A DNA stretch of 64,000 nt from Gordius albopunctatus (lineage: Eukaryota). The notes beneath the pieces are model-generated. The model was not told the DNA's origin, did not search any database, and saw only the letters and a list, made by a program, of their open reading frames with translations. The stretch covers positions 12,648,001 to 12,712,000 of the forward strand of contig OZ193909.1 in NCBI GenBank assembly GCA_964276515.1. The letters run 5' to 3'. Positions 13,601-27,300 of this stretch are shown piece by piece. Every line of letters begins with the position of its first letter. Within the stretch, counting starts at the first letter, position 1. A program made the translations under genes and the position numbers.

Positions 13601-16600
13601 ATTGTTTTCGTGTCGATTTTTGTGTAGAACCCATCGTCAACTCGATGATTTACTTGTTGGTGTGCGATAGATTTGCAGATTACAGCGGAGATGAGGTACC
13701 ACCCCCTATCCTAGCTTACTCCCTACTCTTTGTTAACGTTTTTGAGTGATGGGTCTCAGATTACAAGGCATTCTGGATTTAGTTTTGGAAAGTGTAAAAA
13801 TGAAAACGACCAAATTTCGCGTGGCTCATTATTATAGCGTAGTCTAAGATTCTCATTTAAAGTTTTTTTGTTATTATTCTCGATTTTTAAGATTAAGATG
13901 TGAAACGCCTTATTTGTTTTGCTGGTTTTTGTGAAGCGAAGATATATGTTAACTTAGTTATAATATTTTATTGCAATTCGTGTGAAAGCGTCAAGGTACT
14001 TTTTAAATTGTTCTTGTGTTTATTTGATATTTATATAATGAGGAGCTTTGTTACCTTTATAACTAATGCTTGATACCAGTCTCTGATTTTCATCATCATT
14101 TTTTGCAATTCGTGTTTGAGCCTACATGTAGACAAAAGATGTTTGGCAACTACGTGATAATATGTGGGGCATGATAGACATAATCATTTAAAATGTTAAT
14201 ATTCGATAGTTGTCAATCTATATTAGCACTAATTTAACCACAAACTCATATTTTTAAACATACATCTCTACCTAATTGATTAAATAAGCCTTAATACATT
14301 TTTCATAGAAGGATATAATATTCCAAGAATCCTCTGCATTCCAAATGTATTAAAATCAATTATTTTATCGATGAAAAAATCATATTTCGCACCATATAAT
14401 ATATTATTTTGTAATGAAAAAGGCATTGATTTACCCTAATTAAATTATTGACAAATTAAGGTGATAGCTCCGATTAGAGAAATGGCTGCCCAAGTGATAG
14501 CATTGTCATTAAAACTAGCAGTTAGTACCCCAGCTGACCGCCGCGCTTCAAACGGTAGCGAAGGGTTCGCGGGCGAAGAGTTAATGATGAAAGTAGTAGA
14601 TGTTTTGGGTACTATGCTGTCCCAAAGACAAAATGGGACACCCTGGGAAATTAGACATGGTGGTGCGCTGGGGTTTAAATACTTGTTACCTATCCTCACT
14701 AAATTTGGGGTGAGGAAAGATCTGTTTTTGTATAAAACAATTTAAGATTAGGAAATATAATAAAAAACTTGTGTATGTTATACATTCTATGTTGTATATA
14801 TGACTTTAAAAATTACTAACTTTTTGTTCAATTTTAAAAACAGATTGTATGTTTTTTATATGCTTTACAATGCTGTTAGGGGTTAATTGTTAATTTTTAC
14901 CGATTTCTGAATTAGTTGTACCTATAAATCGCAAATGATAAAAAGGGCAAAAATGAAAAAAATTTGAGAAGAGTAAATTCTCTTAGATCAATATACATTA
15001 CTAAAGAAGTTATGGAAAACATGAAATATCTTACTTATCTGGCTAAGGTAAGCGGATTTTATCGTCTGCTTTTTTGTAGCTATGTTTATAATGGATTTTA
15101 AAAGTAAGATCGGAATGAAAATTTTACTGTCCAAATTTTAAAACAGATTTAGAATAGTTAAAATAAGTTCATACCTATTTTATATTGTGTATAATATTGA
15201 AACATGAGAGTATTTTGTATTATCTTGAAATTGAATTATAATTTACTCTAGTGGGGAGAGGAAGATAGAAAGGAATTATTGCAGCGAACCCTTTCTCACA
15301 TAAAAATGGGATTGTATGATCAGATGGACGATGTTATAGCCATATCAGCGGACGTGTTATCTTCGCTGCCTCTAGCTTTGTCTCAACGCATAAATCATTT
15401 GGTTATTAATATTATTGATTAATTGTTTGTTAAATAAATTTTTATTAGGATTGTTATTTGGAAAAGTATTATGTGTGCTACTATATAATTTTTTAAGTCT
15501 AAAAAGTTGAACGGCTAGTCGTGATTTCAGCGATAGAGCTTAGAATTGTGATTGAGCATAATTTAGACGCATTCTACATTTCTCTTTTTGAACGCCAAAT
15601 TTTTAATTTTTGCAGACATATTTATTTATTATTATCAATTCTGTATAAAGCTGGGCAGCCCAAATAATGGACTTTTTGATTAGTGGATTTTAAATTAAAG
15701 GGCAAGAGTGTAATTCAATTAGCGTTGGTGTCAAAGCATATTTTAAACCGTTATTTTAAGTTGCAAATTAGTAGGTTTTTCGATTGCTATGGTTTGCGTC
15801 AAAATATGATCCCCGATTAAATTGAACTTGTCTTAGAATGTCTCTACCTAACTATTATTTGGTGGGTAACGATTTATAAAACACTAATTACATCTAAAAT
15901 TTTGAGCGTAGAAATAAAAATATTTATTATGCGGGTATAGCTTTTGCCCGAATCGAATCACGCCTGGTCTCACCTCCAAACCATGGGTGAAGCAGGGACT
16001 GACGATGAGCTACCCATATCCGCCACTCGAGGTTTGTTGGATTTCATAGCACGATTGAATCTCGAGCACCAAAATTCTATCGTAAATCCCACCACGGCCC
16101 GACAACTCTCGTTAACCCTCAAATACATCTCACATAGTTCGTTAGGTGTGCGGAAGAGTGCTCTGAATTTGCTCCATAACCTCATCCATTATGCAGTAAG
16201 ATTCTCTTCTCCTTTAACTTTTACACTATATATAATCACTCCCCCCCCCTCTTGGTGTTTTAAATTGAATAAGAAACTTTTTTTAAATTAAATATTTATG
16301 AGAACTATTAAAAATTATTCCTAAACCTAGGACAACATTTTAGCAGGCGTACTTTGAATTTAAGGTTAATATTACGATGTGCTGTAAGGGGCGTGAGGGC
16401 GTAGTTGTATAGGCTTTGTCTTTGAACAAGAGCTCGCGGGTTCAAATTCCGCTTTCAACACTTTGTTTCAAAAAGATGTAAATATATCACATCGTCAACA
16501 CGGCTATCAGGCCTGAATAGCCGAGCGTTACCCCTCATCCAAATATCTAGAGAAGCTGACCACCTTAGTGTGACAAACAGCTATTGGAAATTTTTATTAT

Positions 16601-18260
16601 TAGGATGTGAATACATCAGCACAAATTAATAATATTTTTTCTATGATCAGTATCATATTTTTAACATTATAACACAGGCGCCGAATCAAGAATGTTTAGT
16701 AATCCTATCGAGCACAATCTTGAAACACCTATTTTTGAGGGCGATCGTCGAGGAATCATTACCCCTATACCCTCTAATTTTAAAGGTAAAGTTTTCGCAA
16801 CATAATGTTGTTTACTTATGAATACCCTGACCCAAACAACAATTTTACTTGTAGCTTAAGAGATGGAGGGCCTTTTAAACTTGCTTATAATGGTTTAAAC
16901 TTGTTTGGAAGGACATTGCATAAGCTAGATATCTTAAATGACTTGAACGTGGTACCTAAATTTAAGTTGGCGGATGAGGTCAACCAAGCGAGAAAACGTT
17001 GTATTCTACCATTTTATGCTATGTAAGGAAAGATCCAAGTTTAACTTTGCCAGTCTAGCTAAATGGCGAATTGAAGCTGAAGCCGAACAATGTATTAGAA
17101 TCACTATTTACCAAATTCAGCTCCAAAGACTTAAGTTGAACATATCTTACATCTGGTGCGTTATACAAAACAAAGACTTTTTAACATATGGTTGGTTATC
17201 ACCTTATTTTTCCATTAATTACAATTAAGGCAATGTAGAGCGAAGCTCCCTCCTCTCCTTGGTTTTGCGCTTATTTACGTGTATGAAATTTTATTATAAC
17301 AATTTTAACAGGACCTCCTCAACCGACCCACATTTCTATAATTTTCACCCCATAATTTGCCATTAAATTTATTTGTAGTGTTGGAGGGGTATCATAGAGA
17401 TGACGTCCACTTCGACCGGGGACGTATTGCTCACATTTTTTGCCACAATGTTCGATGGGCTGCTCGGTTTATCCATGCACAGATCGGATGCCCCCATCCA
17501 AATAGCTGCCCATCCATCATTTCAAACCGAGCAAGATAGGATTCTACTGAAGGATATTAACGAAGGACTATACGCTTCCATCTTGTATGTAGGCGGATTC
17601 GAAAGCGTAAATTTCCCAAAGGCGCGCAGAGAAATAAGGGTTGCCCAGGCCTGTAACATGGCCACGAACCTCTTGTCCATACTTGCTCTGAACGCATCTA
17701 AGTATGTGTTATATACATTATAATTAACATTTGTAGCACATTATATTATTGTTTGCTATTTCGGTAAAATTAAAATATAAAAAAATCATACGGGCCGGGC
17801 CCGGCCTTGTGAATTTTTATAACTATCATGTCCCGCGCGGAATAAGGTAAAGGTCCGCGGGAACACGATTTAACGATTTGAAGGGAATCACGAATAAATT
17901 GGAAGAATTGAGGGAATAGGGGGATAGACTAAATTTATTAAACCTTTTCACTTTACGTGGTATGTTAATTTATTTATTTATGACTGAGAAAATCACAAGA
18001 ATGATCAATCTATAAAAAGTTATCGACGCCTATATAAAATTTAATGATGCGTGTTCGTATTGATCAATAACAATAAATGGGGGAAAGAAATAAGAAACAC
18101 GTATAAGCGCGTGGAGGGGGGGAGTCACACACACGTAAGTAAAATTAAATGTAAAGGAAAAGACGTGTATACTACATCTAAGTTTACGCGTGTAAGATCA
18201 AAGGGGGTATCCTACCACGGTAAGTAATCTCACGATCAACGAACTTGCAATTAATGTATA

Positions 18261-18312
<52 letters not shown>

Positions 18313-21300
18313 AGGGGAGGGGGTGTGGGGGAAAATCCTTAACATATACGAGTGGGAGAATCCGTATATAAAACATCCGTATGTATATACCACAATAACT
18401 GGCGGGCCTACTTACCTACACAGGCCCGTTGCAGGTCTCTTATATGTAAAATTAAAAAAAATCACATGAACGTGTGTTTGTTTCCCTTGTGTTTATTGAT
18501 CGTATGGGTAGGCATTTAAAGAGTCGTTTCTTCAATTTTCATGCCTTTCTTCCAGAATAGATATTGGCAAAGCCATGCAATATTGCTTTTAATCGGTCCT
18601 AGTCCTAATCATTAATTGAGTTTTGGCCTCATTCAGCGCGTTCCAACATCTTTTTTGATTAGTACTTTTTAACATTTTTTAAATTAAAATTGGACATATA
18701 GGAGGAGGGGCTGGGGTCTAAAAAAGTTTATACACTGAAAAATTATGGTTTTTTTAAAAATTTGTCCGACGACTGAGAATTATGCGAAAAACCTTTTAGA
18801 TTACTTTAAACCATCATTTTAAGAGCAATATATTATATGTTCTCTGTGTGATGATAATCTTTTCCATTTATAATATTTGCAAAATATGTTTAGGTTGATA
18901 GGGAATCCTACACACACCACCAATCTAACGCCACAGGGATGTAACTCGTTGTGGTGGAATTTCGAATCCCTGCTAATATATCACTTGTCATCGCGCTCAT
19001 ATGTACAACGCTTTACCGTGGCTACCTTCGTCCAGCAACTTTTGATGCATTACACAAGATGCGTAAGTTTTGAAACGCCTATTATTTAGTTTTATAATAA
19101 TTTTTTGCAAATATTTGAAATATTAAATGTTTCCCTGATATGATCTTACACCATTGTTGGACTGGCTTTAACCTTCTAAACATATAGGCGCATCAAGTAA
19201 GATCGAGTTTTTTTAATTATAAAAGTGGAGTAATAAAATTGAATATTTTTAACATTTAGTGCGTTGTCTTCTAAGTTTTATTGTATTGATGATATTGGGA
19301 CGTAATGAACTATAACTTATTGTCGTATCAAAAGTACATTGATGACTGCCTTTTAGTTTCCACCAGCCAAAAAATAACAATTTTTTGAAGTTTTCATATT
19401 TCCCTTTCTATTCTTCTTTATCATTATTATTATTATTTATTTGGTCCCACCCTCATGGGGTTTGTTTTAATGAGTTTCTTCCATCTCGACCGGGTATGTC
19501 TTGATTAACCTCTTCTGTTTTCATAATTATATCGACTTGCCCTCACTAGGTCGTCCTCATCCTCTTTTCTTCGGTACCTCCATGTCCAGTACTTTTCGTT
19601 TGCGACCATAAATTTCACCTTGATTTTGCTTTAATTGCTATCATTTTCTCTGTTGTCATCTCTAAATCTTAGTTGCTTGTTGATAAGTCAATCTCTAAAT
19701 ACACAAAATTTTAAAAGTTGATAAAGCATTATATTTCCCCTAACACAACAGTGTATGAGTGGGGAAGTGACGCGCGGAGCAATGTTTTCACTCAAATTAA
19801 GCCCAGCATTGTCAGAAGTAGTGCTGTCGGGGATATCGCAATGCTTTTACTTCGACGAATTGTCACCTTCGATCTCCGAAATGCATTCGCTCGTGTCTAA
19901 AATACTGACCCGCTCGCAAACACTTCTAGATGACGCCGGTAAAAAAAATAATGCATTTTACAGAGCTATAATGAGACTTATCATTACAAAAACGAGTTTA
20001 TTCATTTAAAGTAACACATTGTTTATTGATTTATTAGGGTTGGCAAGTGGTTAAAGCCGCAAAAACCGCTATCAATCAGTTTTAAGCTCTGGCTCCATAC
20101 TTAATAGAATTTGTTATATTTGTCAGATGAATGAGGAGGATTGTGAATTTACATAGTGACAAGTCGAAGCTTTTTCCATTTTGGTCGAAAGATTTTGGTT
20201 TTAAGGCAGACCACATCAATTGACCAAGCCATTACGGTCATTAGTCATAAAGTATTAAAATATGAGAGTTAAAGCTACTCGGTTGTTTTCAAACGAATAT
20301 TTTAGTTGAGTTACAGTAGACGCTTTAATTTAAGATCCGTACACACTTCTCTCTTCAATTCAACTGTTGATGTTAATTTATTTAGATATTTTTAGTATTA
20401 TATAATGTTTTTTATTCAACATTTTTGCAATGTTTATTTTATAACAGCCATTTATATTATTTTAGCATTATGTTAATTAACTTCCAAAAAATTTCATTTA
20501 ATTTTGCCTAGGGCTTACGACTGCAAAGTATGTGATACCCGACGCGTTGTCCCAAGTTATTACAAATGTCGATGGAAAATTGATATTAAATCCCCAGCAC
20601 TTACCAAATTTAAACGAGCTAGAAGCCCTAGCCGATTACTTTAGCAATATCGAAGCCTCTAAGCTCTCAATGGACGTCACCGCGGATAAAGGAAACAAAG
20701 ATTTATGGGTCCTGGATGGAAGAATTTTAAAAGACCTGTCTAAAGCTGCCCAGCACAAGCATCGCTCCTTTGTAGCCAGGGTTCAAGCTCGCATGAGTTC
20801 TTGCTTCGCTTGGCTCTCGGTATACGCGAAACTTACCCACGTAAACGATGGGATTCCTGCCTCAGCATCTATTAAAAAACTGGGTTTTTTCTTAAAACCC
20901 ATCGTTGAGAGTTTGAAATTGGGATCCGATACTTGTGCTCAAGTGAGCTTAGCCTCCGACCTTTGCCTGCATCTAGCGCTAGCTCACGGCCAAAGCAATT
21001 TTCAAAGCGCCGTTGATAAATTGATGAGCCGCTTGGTTTACGCCTATTTACCCAGTCGGGAGCACCAAGCTAATAAACCCTTTGACTTTAGTATGGAAGA
21101 AGTTGGGTTAAATGAGGTTATAGCTAGCGCAGTTTGGAAAAATCCCGATGAATATTTTATACCCAATCTCAAAAATTTTCCGACATCTACCATGGAAACT
21201 AAGGACGCCAAAGGTATGCGATTAAAAGTTTTGTGAATTATACTCGTTTATAATACTATAGAGTAAATTGTACATTTTTCTAATTAAGGGCACACTACAA

Positions 21301-24300
21301 TTTGCTGTTAAAGGTTGTTTTCTGCCGTAAAAAAGCATTAAATACTTCATTCAAAGCCCTTTAAACCTTTAAATTAAAGTGAGACTAAAAAACATTTAAT
21401 TCGAAAAAGGTTCAACAAGTATAATAAAGTAGAACTTACAATATTTATATTGCCTACATTTTTTGGCATACAATAGATGGAAAAAATGTGCTGGAACTTT
21501 TTAACCAACCAAATTTGGTGACAATCGCTTTCATGAACCATGGTCTGGATAAGCCGTTGAGGTATTTACCAACCATCGAGGATGACCTTGATGACTCCGA
21601 CGACCTAAACATGTACACCCACCTGATTGCGTTAATTTTAAAAGGTACATGCTCTTATAAATGAAAAATTTCTTTTACATATACTCTGAATCAAATTTTC
21701 CATATATATATATCTATTTGAACTTTTATAAAAGAATTCTTAAAAAAACTTTAGCTTTTAAAAGCATATCTATGCAAATGTTTTTACTTTTAATATTCTT
21801 GAATTAATAACCTCAATGTTAGAGAGATTTTAAATTGTTATTTCATTACTTATCTTCGTGTGCCTCGTAGGATTACCCGGGCAATCCTTAAATTTCGAAT
21901 CAAGTAAGTGTCTACAACTATCCCAAAACAGCAATCGGATCCCTATAATCCCCGGTGCAAACCCGACCAGCAACGGAGCCTTAATAACGCTTCAACGGCT
22001 AATGGATTGTTTCACTTTGCCCCGCGTTATCTCACTCCTTCCCCACCTTTGGCAAATCATATCCCCGTCCGCTCTATTAAATAGGATGGAAGAGCTCGAA
22101 CATCGGATGGGTCAATGCCTTTTTAAGGACCAGGCTCAAAGCATGTTATACGAGCTGGCTGCCCTGCAATTTACTGCCGGGCGGATTTGGGCGAATTCTC
22201 AAGCTTCGCTAAGCCAGGAATTGAACCTTTTTTTCCAACGTCTCTCCCACACTAAAATAAATCATTTTCGTTTCGCCCTTGCCAAGGTGCTGGGGGCTTT
22301 ATTAGCTGACCATCAGTTTTTAGACGATGCCTGGGCCGAGGGTCTGGTGCGAACATTTATAGAACGCATGCTTCCTCACGCGGAAGCTGCAGACCTAATA
22401 CCTAAACTTGGTTTCGCAGAAGGCCTGATACACCTTCTAGGACCGCTGGGTAGAATTACGTTTTTTAGTTCTCTATTTAGGAGTTGAGTTTTTTAGTTGG
22501 GCTCTAAAGTTGTGTATACATGAATCAGGATTTTTGTTTTGGCATTAGTTTTGAAATCTGAATTTTTTTGATTGTATTACAGAGTTTAAAAATTACTTAT
22601 ATAAAATCTCTTACATATAATATTATAACTTAAGTTCAATCATAAGTATCCTTTTAACTAATTTATGCGTCGTTAAGCATATTTAAAAATCGTTTATAAT
22701 ATTTCGTTATTATAGTGTTAGTTATTTTTTATTGTGTGTTAGGAGAAAGGAGGCCCGGTGTCATGTTACGGTACACGAGCACATTCATAGTCCCCGTCTT
22801 GGGACTGATGACAGATTCGATTGCCGAAATACGTTGTGCCGGATCTTATTGCTTCTCACAACTTTTACCATTTCTCAACGTAATACCTTAAATTTCACCT
22901 AGGATTTGGGCATATCATTTTAGAATTAATGTTTACTACTAAGATTACATGACATTCAGTATTGGTCTGTATTACAGGACTTTGCATACGGGGACATCCA
23001 ATATTGTAATTTATAGTGCACTTTGGAACATATTTGTATTAATTTCCTTGCAAATGTGATTTCTTTATGTTAGGATCGATTGGTATAGATCGTAGCCGCT
23101 GTTAGCAACGATTTTAAGAAAATAAAAAATTTAAAAATATTTTTTAAAGGCACACTACGTAGATTTTCGAAACGATTCTTTTTGATCTTAACAAGCTTGT
23201 GCATATACAACGATAAGACCGAATTATATCATTTTATGACATTTCGTAACTTTGAATTTCCTTAATGTTATTAAGTTATACAGTCGAAAATTCTTAATCG
23301 CAAATCGGATTATCGCGAAAATCTTTTAATCGCGAAGTTAACCGCCATGTTGTTTTTTTAAACGATAATATTAACAAAATCATCGTTTATTGACAAATTG
23401 CTTAATAGTACAATATCGGATATTCACAAACATTTTCGAGTCCTTAAATCAACTAGATAGTTATATAAAATATAGTTTTATTGCAAAGCGTAAGAAATGA
23501 ATATTTAATATAATGTACATATACTTTTTTCCCCATCGTTTAATCGCGAAATATCGGTTAATCGCGAAAAAAATTCAGGCCCAAGGCTTTGCAATTAAAC
23601 GGTTTTGACTGTAAATAATTTTTACTTAAATAGCTGCTGTTCATTAGAAAGCTCCACACCGAGATGGTGCCATTTATGCCAGACTAGACAATATTAATGC
23701 GTTTACAACGGACACCTTAATCTTGTAAATAGGACTTGTAACCCATCGATTAGACAGACCGGTAAACAATTAAAGGGTTATCTATGGATTTTTGTAGTAG
23801 AATAACGCTTTTTTCATTGTGATGAAAGCTTTACGATCTAGTTATAAACCCACTTAAAACTTACTAATCGACCTTTCAAGCTGATATTTTATCCATTTTT
23901 CCTCGAGCTAACCAATGGTTTGCACATTATGGCCTTAGTCATAACCACTCACACACCCCTTTGTAAATAATTTCACTCTTTACATAACGATAGGTTTGTG
24001 TACACGAAGTCCCAGCCTGTTTCAAAGATAACCCCTTCATACGTGAAATTTCTCTTCGGGGTACGTACTTTTTACAAAATTTTACCAAAGCCAAACCAGT
24101 GTCATCCCCATCCTCGCCCCACCTCGATCTACCCTTTGAATTGGGGAACGAAACGAAACTGCGCGAATACCAAGAGGAGGGCATAAGATGGCTACTGTTT
24201 TTGCGCGATTTCAAGTTACACGGTCTGTTGTGCGATGACATGGGATTAGGTTGGTAGAATTATTATATCAAGTCCTACTGATTTATTCATCTAGCTTTGG

Positions 24301-27300
24301 CTTGGGTTATTTAAATTGGTGGGGAAATACTTTTGCTATTTAATGCATGGAAAGGTATCGTTGCTAATATGAGCAAAAAATTTATTTGAAACATATTCTT
24401 CCCAACCTCACTCAACAGCATGCCCAAATCAAGTTTGACTTTTTTATATGAAATCAAACATGGGCGTAGCCAGGGGGTGGCCCTCACTTCAAAAAATTAT
24501 TCTGTTGCCCCCCCCCCTCTAATTCCAATCCTGGCTGCGCCCATAAAATCAAAGCATCTATGTGGAAGAACCCTATCAAAAGCATTTTTTATTAATAACT
24601 ATTGTTGTGATGTTGGTGCTGGTTGGCGCTTAGACTTCTTGATAAATTCTAAATGAATTTTGTTGAGCGCACGTATATCATTTCTTTACTCGATTTTATT
24701 ATGATAACATCGAAATTGTAGGGGATTTATGCTTTAACTTAGTATACCTATAGCAAGCTGTAATTACGGTGAACCTTTGAATTTATTTATATCATTAAGC
24801 ATAATGATAAGTTGCGTCGTGCTATTCTTCAATGCCGTTAATATACTCTCAGGGAAAACGTTGCAAACCTTATGTGCCATAGCGTACCACTACGTCTCGT
24901 GTCGGGGTAGTGGGGAAGAAAGGAGGCAGGAGCCGTTGGTATCGCTCATAGTTTGCCCCTCTAGTTTGGTATACCATTGGTCCGAGGAAATTCAACGCTT
25001 TTTCCCACCAACCCTCATGAAACCTCACATTTTAAAGGGTCAATCAATGAGCGACGATAAATTTGGTAATGCTAGTGGAAACGCGGTTGTTTTGATTTGT
25101 AGCTATGAAACGGTACGTAAACGTGCCGACGATTTTAGGCTTGGCTTTAAAGGAGCTTCCCTGCAATATTTGGTCTTGGACGAAGGACATATCATTAAGA
25201 ACCCGCGTACCAAATTGACCCTGGCCGTTAAAACCATCCCGGCTAAGCATAGGTAAAGTAGGTTTGTGTAAAGTGTTACTGGATGGTAGTTATTAAATAG
25301 TTTGGTTAAAAATATGCAATGCTTAACCCCACAGGTACCAGTGTAGCCTTTAGGTGACGCAACTTTAGAGTCATTTTTCTCAAAAATTTACCGAAGATAA
25401 AAACATTTTTTAAATTAAATTTGGAAGATTGGATTGGGATAAATCATCTGATACAATTCTATTACTTCTTCTTTCTTGGTTCTTGAATTATATTCGTTGA
25501 AAAATCGTAAAAATCGCAGTTCCGACCTGCCTTCTTATATTAAATATTTCTGTACACTCAACAATCAGTTTTTGCAGCTTAATTTACATATTTAAAATCT
25601 GTATAATTTTTCCACCATTTTGGTAGTAATTTAAAATTTATATGAGTACTTTAAAGACTTTAAAATTTGTCTTAAAGCTGAACGTCACCTAAAGGTTACA
25701 CTGGGCAGAGCTTATGTGCCTAGCGCAACCTTTTAAATGATTTAATTATAGGACTATGAATCCATTAATGATTTTTTTTATTTTTCTTTGCAAAAGTACT
25801 TAGTATAAAGGGGTTGGGGTACAATAGTCAAGAATAGCAAAAATTTTGCGTTAGTATTTTCGATTTTCTCTGATTTTTTGGTAGGAAAAATGGCGGATAC
25901 ATGATAAATCGTAGATGGTGGACTTTTTAAAACTTAGTCCCATTTTCAGGTTTGTAGCAATAAGTCCGCCCTTATAAAAAGTTAAAAGAGATCGAAAATA
26001 GAATTATGACTGTCGTTACTCCCATTCAAATAATATAAAAGTTTGATTATTTTGCTTCAGATCTTTAATTTATATGCAAAAAACAGACCAATCATTTAAA
26101 ATTAACAATAGCATTCCAATATAATTAACTAACTTTATTCACTTATCTAAGTTATTTAATAAAATTTTAAAATTAGCCTATTTTTATGCCTCCCAGTGTA
26201 ACCTTTAGGTGACACCCTTTTATTTCCGGAACTAGGCAATTTTTCCGGAATTTTTAAAAAGTTTAGTCATCTAGAGCATATTGAGATGCCCCAAAAATTT
26301 TTATATAAATTGTTTAGGCCGAACCATTAGTGGTACCTTTCGGGTTAAACTCGTTTTCAGGAGCTTTTTGAATGATAGGTTTTGCCCGTTGAAAAGAGGA
26401 TGTGTGCTTTTTTATCAATAAAAAATGAACAAAAATTAGAAGTTCTCATCAAATCAAAAAAAGGTTTTGTTTTGAAGGGAGCTACCTTTTGCCAAATTGA
26501 GATTTTACCACCTTATCCCTACACGACACTGAATTAAATTTTATTTATTTATTAAAATGATCACCTAAAATCTTTGAAGTGCAATTTTTTGATCATCCGA
26601 TCACACTTCAGGTTCAACCATACCCAATATTATTAATTGTAAGTTCTATATCATTATTTAGGTTACTTGCACTTAATTTGAAGATTTATATAACAGAATA
26701 TTTTTAGCAAAAATGTACGTAATTACTTGCTTTTTTATCGTGCCTTATCGTGTAATGAAGATAAATTGTTTTCCAGATTGATACTGAGCGGTACACCCAT
26801 CCAAAATAACGTGGTTGAGTTATGGTCTCTGTTCGACTTCCTCATGCCCGGCTACCTGGGTACCGAAAAACAGTTTAACGCCCGATACTCTAAGCCCATA
26901 TCGCTGAGCCGCGACGCCAAGCACCAATCCAAAGAATTAGAATCTGGTATCAAGCGATAGCCATGTTTTTGACCATTTTTTAATTTTAAAAATATTTTGA
27001 ATTCGTATGGGTCAAAATCTAAAACAATCATATCCTTTTTTGGATGTATACTCAGAGGTCAGATTTGTTAGGAATTTTATGCCCGAAACATTAAATTTGC
27101 CTGTTAGGCCCGAAATTTTGCGATCTCAAATTCTTTCAACCACAATTGAGAAATAAGCATTAAATTAATGGCATCTTTAATAAAACAAGTCCATGAAAAT
27201 ATTTATGTAGCAATTTTTTAATTAAGTTTAAAGTTTACATATTTAATAAATAATATTACAATAAACAAAATTATACTCCCCTTTTGAGTTAACCCCTTTG

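Noticed and set aside
16388..16462. Functional tRNA gene
   Set aside because: The acceptor stem does not pair convincingly; a SINE head is more likely.
16805..17228. Nested gene in a BTAF1 intron
   Set aside because: Short ORFs with no recognisable motif or splice structure; probably decayed repeat.
18184..18469. ORFs with KERK or FFLS repeats
   Set aside because: These are translations of the (GAAA)n microsatellite.
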